Of a stretch of 37,272 nt of DNA, positions 18,047 to 26,477 are shown piece after piece. Location: positions 1 to 37,272 of the forward strand of contig JAUWZC010000001.1 of NCBI GenBank assembly GCA_030615565.1, in the 5' to 3' direction. The first letter of the stretch is position 1, and each line of letters begins with the position of its first letter. Both the position numbers and the translations under genes were made by a program. This stretch comes from Desulfobacteraceae bacterium (GTDB taxonomy: Bacteria > Desulfobacterota > DSM-4660 > Desulfatiglandales > B25-G16). The notes below the pieces were generated by a model. The model was not told the origin of the DNA, searched no databases, and saw nothing but the letters and a program-made list of their open reading frames with translations.

Positions 18047-19558
18047 TTTCTCTATATCTTTTTTTCGAATATAGGTAGCAATGTTTTTTCTTAATAAGGC
18101 ATATTCATCATTCATGCTTTTTAGCTTTTCCTTGGCATCTATTGCCTCTCGCTCTAATTCCTTCATTCTCAATGCAAGATCGGTTATATCTATATTGACA
18201 ACTACACATTCCTTGGATTTCCCATCGATGCTCTGAACAGGATAGACCCTTGCCAGAACATGCACGGGTTCCCCCTGAGCCGAATAATATTTCCATTCTT
18301 CTCCATTAAATGATTCCCCTTTAAAGACCCTTATTATTGTTTCTCTAAATGGTCGTCTTGTAGATTTTGAAACAAAGGTCAAAGGGTTGTTTCCAATCAT
18401 CTTAGAGGAAGGGTAACCAAAATTTTCTTCACACGCCTTATTCCAGAAGCTAATCTTACCTTTAGAGTCTATCTTATAAATAGCATTCGATGGCGATCCA
18501 ACTGCCTGGCCACGATTATCATATACGCTATAAGTTTCCCCTTGCACATTAGTAACATCCTGCATTATTTGTATAGCCCCTTTAATTGATCCATTGATGT
18601 CAAGAATCGGGGCAACTGCTACAATTGCCTGAATACCCTCTTTTATGTCAGGAAGAGGAACACCCACCTCAAAGAACCCGCTATCTGTCTTTGATACGAT
18701 TGAGCCGGAAAATTTATCTATTATAGTATCTGGGTCCTCTATCATAATATCAGCTAGACTCCGTTGCCTATCAACGCATAAAGAGGCAGGAACCTTCTTT
18801 CCAATTATTTCCTCTGTAGGTACACCTGTCATCTGCTGGCATGCACGATTCCACTGAATCACCCTATGTTCTACATCCACTACAAAGGTAGGGAGAGGAG
18901 ATTTCTCGACAAGAGTGTCAATGTAGTTCTTTGACTCTACAAGGGTCCTGGATCTGACCTGTTCTCTGTCGAGGACATCAGTCTTTTCCTTTTCATACAT
19001 GAAGGCAATTAAAAGAATAACCAAAAGGCCCGATAAATATGCGCCCAGGGAATAAATAGGTGAAATATCAGGGGGTATGAGATTTGGAAACTTGTAACCG
19101 CTCCTAAATAGATAAACTGCAACACCCGTTTCAAAAAATATTAAAGTCCCCCAGATAGTTCCCCATAGATATCCTGTAATGAAAACAGCCATAAGGATAA
19201 GGACAGCATTCCATATCCAGGATAAAAGGATTAAACCTCCTTCGCTCATTGCCCCAGTATTCCACCTAGTAATCAAAAAAGTAGCCCATAGGACAAAAAA
19301 GGCATAATTTCCAGCTACAATAAGATTTTTGGTCAGCCTTAGAAGAATCAGGGCCGAGATCGCTAATATACCGGCACCAATGGTAGTATAAAAGAGAAGA
19401 TCTGCCTTGATGTTAAAATAAAACAGGCCAAGGAAAAGGGAAAGAAGAATAAGGATACATAGAAATGTATTGAGGGATTTAAATTTCGTTATTCTTTCTA
19501 AATCCGGAGATTTTATTCCACACGTAATAAAATTGTTAAATAGAGATTTGAGGCTCAT
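17963..19558 (-). CDS. Polytopic membrane protein with two PAS domains and a C-terminal coiled coil, no recognisable output domain
   Basis: 531-aa ORF. About 6-7 hydrophobic helices occupy residues 25-190. Two PAS-like repeats follow (..VIQWNRACQQMTGVPTEEIIGK.. and ..ISFWNKACEENFGYPSSKMIGN..). A heptad-rich tail ends in DTSELKEEVKGLKKDIEDLKKE. There are no HisKA/HATPase, GGDEF, EAL or MCP motifs. Confidence 0.75.
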   Translation of the reverse strand: MSLKSLFNNFITCGIKSPDLERITKFKSLNTFLCILILLSLFLGLFYFNIKADLLFYTTIGAGILAISALILLRLTKNLIVAGNYAFFVLWATFLITRWNTGAMSEGGLILLSWIWNAVLILMAVFITGYLWGTIWGTLIFFETGVAVYLFRSGYKFPNLIPPDISPIYSLGAYLSGLLVILLIAFMYEKEKTDVLDREQVRSRTLVESKNYIDTLVEKSPLPTFVVDVEHRVIQWNRACQQMTGVPTEEIIGKKVPASLCVDRQRSLADIMIEDPDTIIDKFSGSIVSKTDSGFFEVGVPLPDIKEGIQAIVAVAPILDINGSIKGAIQIMQDVTNVQGETYSVYDNRGQAVGSPSNAIYKIDSKGKISFWNKACEENFGYPSSKMIGNNPLTFVSKSTRRPFRETIIRVFKGESFNGEEWKYYSAQGEPVHVLARVYPVQSIDGKSKECVVVNIDITDLALRMKELEREAIDAKEKLKSMNDEYALLRKNIATYIRKKDIEKFDEELDTSELKEEVKGLKKDIEDLKKE

Positions 19559-19701
19559 AATTGCTACTAAATAGGCTTGCTGATGAAAAGAGTAAAAGGG
19601 TTAATAATGAGATTCTCAAGAGACATTCCTTCATCATTAGGAACATAAACAGAAATATAACAATTTAACTTACAAATAATAAGGTAAAAACGAAAATAGT
19701 A

Positions 19702-20145
19702 TTAAAATATCGTAATCTTCCCTTCACGGTCGACAATTCCATTTATTTCCTTAACCCCGTCTTTAAAAAGGTTGAAAGAGGCCGAGATGGTAACTTGACA
19801 AAAGCCATCAGCCGTTGCTGGAAAGGTTTGAATTTGAAAGTTGAGATTGTGACCGACGGGAATAGGGACATTGAGTGCATCTTTGACATCTTGTATCTCT
19901 TGCTTGGTAGGAGGATCATTCTTAAATATATCTATACTTGTACCATCTTCTGGAAAAAATTTTTCATTCTCCAGAAAATACATGATCTCGGCATCAAGAA
20001 TCCTTTTTAGCATAAGAGCAGCCTCAGATCCATAGGCCCTCTGTTGATATATATTTAAGATTGGCATTGCTGTGGCACCTAAAATTCCCAAAATGGCAAC
20101 CACAACCATTAACTCAATAAGCGTAAAACCAGCATGTCTTCTCAT
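19702..20145 (-). CDS. Type IV pilin / pseudopilin-like protein with class III (prepilin) signal
   Basis: 147-aa ORF. MRRHAG|FTLIELMVVVAILGILGATAMP has Gly at -1, Phe at +1 and Glu at +5, followed by a hydrophobic alpha1-N helix. An AGGAG RBS lies inside the 3' end of the upstream gene. Confidence 0.8.
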   Translation of the reverse strand: MRRHAGFTLIELMVVVAILGILGATAMPILNIYQQRAYGSEAALMLKRILDAEIMYFLENEKFFPEDGTSIDIFKNDPPTKQEIQDVKDALNVPIPVGHNLNFQIQTFPATADGFCQVTISASFNLFKDGVKEINGIVDREGKITIF

Positions 20146-20150
20146 TTCAT

Positions 20151-20747
20151 TTAGGCTCCTCCGCTCGATGGCCGGGTATACTCAATACCTTTTGGTGATA
20201 GAATAACATTCATCTCCCCTGCCTTAGGATTTGCCACAGACAAGCGGTAGCCTGCCTCGGGATCCCTCTGATAAGATAATTTCTCCAAATGAAAAAGTTC
20301 ATCCTTTCTTAATGATAGATATTTAGGAACAAGATTGGATAGTTTTTCAGGGTATTTATCTCCTTCATAATGTGCATAACGCTTGATAGCCCCATCAACC
20401 ATAAACAATAGTACCCTTCCCTTTTTAGCAAAATCAATCTTTCTGGGAGGTGCAGGCTGACCACCAAAGATAATTACTCCCCACATCACCAGGATCAACA
20501 TAGATGAAATAATGACAAAATACTGAAAGGGACCCTTTTTTTTCTTTTTTTTATCTTCCTTCTCTGTAAGCTTTCCCTGCTTGTCTTTTATAGATGTACC
20601 GACTTCAGAGACAGAGTGAAGCATGGCACACTGAAAACAGTAATATTCGCCAGATCTCGACTCTTCACCGCATTCCTTGCACAGTGGCGCATTACAACTT
20701 GCACAAAAAAATTCTGCTTCCCTCTTAGGGTGATATTTACACTTCAT
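20151..20747 (-). CDS. Zinc-finger (B-box-like) / single TM / GspG-like periplasmic domain protein
   Basis: 198-aa ORF. The N-terminus CKYHPKREAEFFCASCNAPLCKEC..CFQC is followed by a KKKKKK linker and a TM helix FQYFVIISSMLILVMWGVIIFGG. The C-terminal AIKRYAHYEGDKYPEKLSNLVPKYLS resembles the T2SS major-pseudopilin globular domain. Confidence 0.6.
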   Translation of the reverse strand: MKCKYHPKREAEFFCASCNAPLCKECGEESRSGEYYCFQCAMLHSVSEVGTSIKDKQGKLTEKEDKKKKKKGPFQYFVIISSMLILVMWGVIIFGGQPAPPRKIDFAKKGRVLLFMVDGAIKRYAHYEGDKYPEKLSNLVPKYLSLRKDELFHLEKLSYQRDPEAGYRLSVANPKAGEMNVILSPKGIEYTRPSSGGA

Positions 20748-20863
20748 GAAAATTCCTCTTCTAAATAAGGCATATTTTTTATAGCTATTATTTTAAGGTA
20801 AAGGTAAGAAAAGATAAAGGAATAGTCAAGAAATAAATCTTTTTAGGTATGTTGAGCAAATTT

Positions 20864-22789
20864 TTAACTTTCAGGCTTCAAGCTATTTCCACAATAAGGA
20901 CAGGCAACCCAATCTGGCTGTACTATCCGCTTGCAAGAAGTACAGGTAGGAATTATAGGTTTTTTGCAATAGGGGCAGTCCTTGAAATCTAAGCTAACGG
21001 TTTTTCCACAATGAGGGCAAATGGTGGTCAATTCCTCCTTTTCGTGTACCGCTTTCAGTACCTCTTCTATGGTTGTTATTCCCATTTCTATCTTTTTCAT
21101 TCCACTAATCCCGAGGGTGGTCATCCCCATTGCCATGGCTGCTTCCCTCAAAGTATCGGCCGTTGCAGAGGACTGAATGAGTTCTCTTATTTTAGGACCA
21201 ATAATCATCATCTCTTCAATAGCCGTTCGCCCTCTGAAACCAGTATTATTGCAATTAGGGCACCCTGCCCCCCTGTAGAATTTAAAGGGAAGATCATTTT
21301 GATCCAGATTTAGTCTGGCCAGGGAATCTTGAGCAGGCAAATACTCCTCCCTACAATCCTCACATATGGTTCTTACCAGCCGTTGTGCAACAATTCCAAC
21401 TACAGAAGAAGCAATAAGATATGGCGGGATACCTATATCTATGAGACGAGTAACTGCCGCAGGAGCATCGTTTGTATGGAGGGTTGAAAGAACCAGATGT
21501 CCAGTCATGGAGGCCTGAACAGCTATCTCAGCCGTCTCTTCATCTCTTATCTCACCTATCATAATCACATTGGGATCCTGTCTTAAAATCGAGCGCAGAA
21601 TAAAGGGAAATGAAAGGCCAACCTTCTCGTTTATCTGTACCTGGTTGACACCAGACAACTCATATTCTACAGGATCCTCAACAGAAATGATATTTACCTC
21701 TTCCGACTTTATCTCCCGCATACATGCATAAAGGGTTGAGGTTTTTCCACTTCCTGTAGGGCCTGTAATCAAAACCATGCCCTGGGGACGATGGATAAAA
21801 TTCGTTATTATTTTCAGATTCTTCTGGCTTAATCCAAGTTGATCCACTGAGAGAAATGCTTCTTCTTTGTTCAAGATTCTTATAACAGCCTTTTCACCAT
21901 AATAAGTAGGAAGTGTCGATACTCTCAGATCTACAGATACATTTTTTGCCTTTACCTTTATCCTCCCATCCTGGGGAAGCCTCCTCTCTGCTATATTCAA
22001 ACCCGCCAATACCTTTATGCGCGAGATAATAATAGGTTGAGTCCATTTCGGGAGCTTGATAGAATCCTTTAGTACACCATCAATGCGATTTCTAACTCTT
22101 ACATGATTTTCCTGTGCCTCAATATGAACATCACTTGATCCACTCTTAATAGCATTCCTGATTATAAGATCAACCATTTTTATAAAAGGTGAATCCTTGA
22201 AAGATTCAAAATCCGCTTCTTCATCCACTTTCTTTTCTTCTTCGGGAAGAAACTCCATGAGGCCAGTATCTTCCACAAATTCATCAGCAACGTCCCTAAT
22301 TGTTCTTTCCGGATGGTAGTGTCTTTGAAGCTTGTCTATTATCTGGCTTCGTGTAGAAATAGCCGGCTGGATATTGTAACCAGTTATAAACTGGAGATCT
22401 TTCATTATATTCAGATCAAGAGGATCAGCCATGGCAACATCAAGTATATTATTTTTCATAGATAGAGGAACACATACAAACTTCTGACAAACCTCCTCAG
22501 GTAGACAGTCAATAACTTCATTTTTAATAGAATAGTCTATAAGATCAATGAAGGGAATCTTAAGTTGCATAGCCAGAGCAAAGGCCATTTCCTCTTCTGA
22601 AATGATCTTCATATCAATTAGGGCCTCGCCTAATCTTTTCCCAGTTTCCTTCTGAACCTCTAAAGCATCCTTTAGTTTATCAATAGTTAAAAGACCTGAT
22701 TCTATTAATAATTCTCCTAATTTACGTCGGGAGACAAAATTATCCTTATGTGTTTTATTCTTGGTTTGAATTGAGGCAGTATCTGCCAT
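20864..22789 (-). CDS. GspE/PilB-family type IV filament assembly ATPase with MshEN-type N-domain and C-terminal double zinc ribbon
   Basis: 641-aa ORF with Walker A GPTGSGKTS, Walker B VIMIGEIRD, His box LSTLHTND and the tetracysteine CEDC..CPNC. The N-terminus reads KLGELLIESGLLTIDKLKDALEVQ-KETGK-RLGEALIDMKIISEEEMAFALAMQ. An extra tail reads CPHC..CPYC..CTSC..CPYC. Confidence 0.92.
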   Translation of the reverse strand: MADTASIQTKNKTHKDNFVSRRKLGELLIESGLLTIDKLKDALEVQKETGKRLGEALIDMKIISEEEMAFALAMQLKIPFIDLIDYSIKNEVIDCLPEEVCQKFVCVPLSMKNNILDVAMADPLDLNIMKDLQFITGYNIQPAISTRSQIIDKLQRHYHPERTIRDVADEFVEDTGLMEFLPEEEKKVDEEADFESFKDSPFIKMVDLIIRNAIKSGSSDVHIEAQENHVRVRNRIDGVLKDSIKLPKWTQPIIISRIKVLAGLNIAERRLPQDGRIKVKAKNVSVDLRVSTLPTYYGEKAVIRILNKEEAFLSVDQLGLSQKNLKIITNFIHRPQGMVLITGPTGSGKTSTLYACMREIKSEEVNIISVEDPVEYELSGVNQVQINEKVGLSFPFILRSILRQDPNVIMIGEIRDEETAEIAVQASMTGHLVLSTLHTNDAPAAVTRLIDIGIPPYLIASSVVGIVAQRLVRTICEDCREEYLPAQDSLARLNLDQNDLPFKFYRGAGCPNCNNTGFRGRTAIEEMMIIGPKIRELIQSSATADTLREAAMAMGMTTLGISGMKKIEMGITTIEEVLKAVHEKEELTTICPHCGKTVSLDFKDCPYCKKPIIPTCTSCKRIVQPDWVACPYCGNSLKPES

Positions 22790-22909
22790 AGATCGTAGCC
22801 TTATTTGTATTTTAACCTTTAAAAAGCAATCTATCCAATTTTGTATATCATCGTTTAAACATTATTTCAACTCAATAAAAAATAATATAATCAATACCAA
22901 GGCTTTTCT

Positions 22910-22938
22910 TTGACATATAGGTATTAATTTGATATAAA
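22910..22938 (+). promoter_or_regulatory. Candidate sigma70-type promoter for the CHASE2-kinase operon
   Basis: TTGACA (22910-22915), a 17-nt spacer, then TATAAA (22933-22938), in the 267-nt AT-rich divergent spacer about 120 nt upstream of the ATG at 23057. Confidence 0.45.
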
Positions 22939-23056
22939 ATTCGATTAATTTTAAGTTGCTTAAATTATTTTTAAAAAATATATTAAGTTAGATAAATAGA
23001 ATTATGGTTACAGATTATCAACTAAAATATCCAAAATAATAATAACATTTAATTTC

Positions 23057-25573
23057 ATGAACGAAAGCGACAAAAAAACAAATTTGCTTATAGGCTCACT
23101 CATAGTGGTCATTTGTATTTACCTGTCTTTTATGAGCTTTCCCTTTTTTGAGTCACTTGAAAAGGTAATTTACGAGATCGAAATGCGGCTCGATACACCC
23201 CGTAACCCTGGTGAAAGCAAAGTAGCTATTGTAAATATTGATGATAAAAGTATCAATAAACTTGGCAAATGGCCCTGGCCAAGGCATATCATAGCTGAGA
23301 TGATCAAAATCTTAAAAAGTAATGGGGCAAAGCTTATTGGCATAGAGATGGTCTTTAGCGAAAAAGAACAAAATCTAGGCATCGAAGAGATAAAAAAACT
23401 TTACTCTAAAATCCTGAATCGAGAAAAAGTTTACACCACAGGAGAAAAACACACATGGATACTTGCTGAGTTGGAGGAGATTGAAAAACGCCTGGATAAC
23501 GATAAAGTCCTATCACAAACAGTGAAAAATACTGGAAATATAATCCTTCCAGTTATTGGCGAATTTGGAAAATATAGAACTGAATTAATAATTGCACCTG
23601 AATCATTCCTGAATATCAGCACATTGAAAAAAGATAGCATTAATATTGAAGACCAAACACCTGTCAAAGAATTAACTACTCCGTTTAATGAGCTATCAAA
23701 AAGCAGTCATGCTCTAGGACACACAAACCTATCCCCTAATAAACTAAGGGTGGGCCAAGTCCATATACCTTTTATCAATTATAGAGGACATATAATACCC
23801 TCTATGCCTTTACGTCTTGCCCTTGACTACCTAAATAAGCATCCTGAACAGGTAATAATTAAAGGGTCTGGAATTAAACTCGGAGAAGAAATTATTCCAA
23901 CCAGCAAGGGGGAAATGCTCATCAAATTTAAAGGTGGAAGACGATCCTTTCCATATTATTCATTTATAGATATCTTAAATGTTAAAAAGGTCCCAGCTGT
24001 ATTTGATGGCAAAATTGTCCTCATTGGCTTTACAGCCAAAGGAAGTGCTTCGGTTAACACACCGGTAGACCCTTATATGCCACAGGTAGAATTTATGGCC
24101 AACGTAATCGATGATTTTTTACATGGACGTTTTCTTAAACGCTCAAATGTAATGCTATATCTGGAGGTCTTTATCTTAGTGCTACTTGGACTGGCATCCT
24201 CATTCTTCCAATCCCGTTTCAGTTATTTAAACCGAACCGCATTCACAGCCGGGTTGATCTTTCTTGTCTTTTTAACCAGTGCCACCTTTTTTATATCATT
24301 TGATATATGGTTTAAAAGCATTTATATCCTTCTCTCTCTGACAACTATCTATGTTGTAATTATGGGAAAAGACTTTCTATATATTCACAAGACCGGTTTA
24401 TCAAAGGAGGCTATAGAAACTAACCGAATGCTTGGTATTAGCCTTCAAAGCCAGGGGTTGCTTGATCTGGCCTTTGAAAAATTCAGAAAATGTCCTCTCG
24501 ACGATGAACTGAGGGATGTTATCTACAATCTTGGGCTTGATTACGAACGAAAGAGAATGATTAATAAGGCTATTTCTATCTATGAATACATTAACAAGAA
24601 AGACAAAGGTTTTAGGGACTTAACTGAACGTATACCAAAATTAAAAAAGGTGATCAGTTCTCTACCATTAGGTGCCTATCAAGGAAAAAAGGAAGATAAA
24701 ATAGTTGTTTCAGATGACCTAGAAGTTAAGCCCACTGTCGGAAGATACGAAATACTAATGGAGTTGGGTCGGGGGGCAATGGGTACTGTTTACAAAGGGA
24801 GAGATCCTAAAATCAATCGCCTCTTGGCAATTAAGACAATCCGTTTCTCAGATGAATTTGAAGATGATCAGCTAAAGGAGATAAAAGAGCGCTTCTTTAC
24901 AGAGGCCGAGTTAGCAGGAAAACTCTCACACCCCGGAATCGTTGCCATACACGATATAGGAGAAGACTATGATCTTACTTATATGGCCATGGAATTCTTA
25001 GACGGGGAGGACCTAGAGAAATACTGTAAGAAAGGATCGCTCCTTCCAATTAGAAAACTACTAGATATTATAGCTGAAACAGCAGATGCCTTAGAATATG
25101 CACACAACAATGGTGTAATTCACAGGGATATAAAACCAGCAAATATAATGCTATTAAAAAATGGCAGAGTAAAGGTAACTGATTTTGGGATAGCAAAGTC
25201 AATGTCTGCCTCAAAAACCAGAAGTGGAATAATACTCGGTACACCTAACTATATGGCACCAGAACAGATTATGGGTCGCCAGATAGACGCTCGATCGGAT
25301 ATATTCTCTCTGGGTGTTGTGTTCTTTCAGCTCCTAACAGGAGATTTGCCATTCCGTGGGGACAACCTGAACAGCCTTTTTTACAAAGTTACCCAAGTTA
25401 AGCATCCCTCACCTAGTAAAATAAATCCAAAGGTTATAAAACCGTGTGAGCAGATACTTGATAAAGCATTAGCTAAAAACCCGGATCATAGATTTCAGAA
25501 GGCTAGTGATCTTGCTAAGTATTTAAGAATTTTGGCTAATAAAATTGATACCCTGAGGGTGAAAAAAAAATAA
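23057..25573 (+). CDS. CHASE2 sensor - TM - TPR-like - Hanks-type Ser/Thr protein kinase
   Basis: 838-aa ORF. After an N-terminal TM helix comes the CHASE2 hallmark VAIVNIDDKSINKLGKWPWPRH, then three TM helices around residues 365-440. The kinase motifs are GRGAMGTVYKG, AIK, HRDIKPANIML, DFGIAK and GTPNYMAPE. Confidence 0.88.
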   Translation: MNESDKKTNLLIGSLIVVICIYLSFMSFPFFESLEKVIYEIEMRLDTPRNPGESKVAIVNIDDKSINKLGKWPWPRHIIAEMIKILKSNGAKLIGIEMVFSEKEQNLGIEEIKKLYSKILNREKVYTTGEKHTWILAELEEIEKRLDNDKVLSQTVKNTGNIILPVIGEFGKYRTELIIAPESFLNISTLKKDSINIEDQTPVKELTTPFNELSKSSHALGHTNLSPNKLRVGQVHIPFINYRGHIIPSMPLRLALDYLNKHPEQVIIKGSGIKLGEEIIPTSKGEMLIKFKGGRRSFPYYSFIDILNVKKVPAVFDGKIVLIGFTAKGSASVNTPVDPYMPQVEFMANVIDDFLHGRFLKRSNVMLYLEVFILVLLGLASSFFQSRFSYLNRTAFTAGLIFLVFLTSATFFISFDIWFKSIYILLSLTTIYVVIMGKDFLYIHKTGLSKEAIETNRMLGISLQSQGLLDLAFEKFRKCPLDDELRDVIYNLGLDYERKRMINKAISIYEYINKKDKGFRDLTERIPKLKKVISSLPLGAYQGKKEDKIVVSDDLEVKPTVGRYEILMELGRGAMGTVYKGRDPKINRLLAIKTIRFSDEFEDDQLKEIKERFFTEAELAGKLSHPGIVAIHDIGEDYDLTYMAMEFLDGEDLEKYCKKGSLLPIRKLLDIIAETADALEYAHNNGVIHRDIKPANIMLLKNGRVKVTDFGIAKSMSASKTRSGIILGTPNYMAPEQIMGRQIDARSDIFSLGVVFFQLLTGDLPFRGDNLNSLFYKVTQVKHPSPSKINPKVIKPCEQILDKALAKNPDHRFQKASDLAKYLRILANKIDTLRVKKK

Positions 25574-25608
25574 AGAAAATAATAGTTGTGAAGAATTAAG
25601 GAGAAAAA

Positions 25609-26436
25609 TTGAAAATCACAGCTGCTGGACTTTCTGATGTTGGCCTTAAGAGGGAAAGTAACGAGGATTACCTTACGATAGACAATTCTACTGGATTATA
25701 TATAGTGGCTGATGGTATGGGAGGGCATCAGGCTGGAGAGGTTGCCAGCAGGGTTGCCGTACAGATAATCCAGAAAAACGTTAACAATTGGATAACTAAG
25801 AACAGTCCTATGGTTGACTTATTCGACTTTCCGGACATGACCCTGAGCCAAAGAGGTAATTATATATCAAGTAGCATAAAATTAGCTAACAGGGTTATTT
25901 ATGAAATGTCTCAAGAATATACAGAATACAAGGGCATGGGGACAACGATTGTAATCTTGGCAATAATGCCCTCTACTATAATTGCAGCTAACGTGGGCGA
26001 TAGCAGGATCTATCTTATAAGAGGAGATACAATGGAACCTCTTTCTAAGGAACATAGCATGGTAGCCGAACAGTTAGAGATGGGTCTGATATCTGAGGAA
26101 GAAGCAAAAATTTCTCCTTTAAGACATATACTTACGAGGAATCTGGGTTCAACAGGTATAGTTGATGCAGATGTTTTCGAAATTGAGCACATAAATAATG
26201 ACCGTTTTTTACTCTGCACTGATGGGCTGACAGATCTTGTATCAGACGATGAGATACTAAGCATTATCAAAAATGGAAATGACCCTGATTATATCTGTCA
26301 GCAACTCGTTTCTGAAGCTAATAAGAGGGGTGGTTATGATAATATCACTGTCTCTTTGATATGTTTAAATGAACAAAATGATGAAAAGCAGGGAATCATA
26401 AGAAGATTTGGAACCTTTTTAAAAAATAAAAAATGA
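25609..26436 (+). CDS. PP2C-family Ser/Thr protein phosphatase (second copy)
   Basis: 275-aa ORF with a TTG start 5 nt after AAGGAG. Motifs are NEDYL, ADGMGGHQAGEVAS, GMGTTIV, GDSRIYLIR, CTDGLTDLV and GGYDNITVSLI. Confidence 0.88.
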   Translation: MKITAAGLSDVGLKRESNEDYLTIDNSTGLYIVADGMGGHQAGEVASRVAVQIIQKNVNNWITKNSPMVDLFDFPDMTLSQRGNYISSSIKLANRVIYEMSQEYTEYKGMGTTIVILAIMPSTIIAANVGDSRIYLIRGDTMEPLSKEHSMVAEQLEMGLISEEEAKISPLRHILTRNLGSTGIVDADVFEIEHINNDRFLLCTDGLTDLVSDDEILSIIKNGNDPDYICQQLVSEANKRGGYDNITVSLICLNEQNDEKQGIIRRFGTFLKNKK

Positions 26437-26477
26437 GCTTATGTTTTTCTTATTAACCACAAAAAGGGGCATATGTT

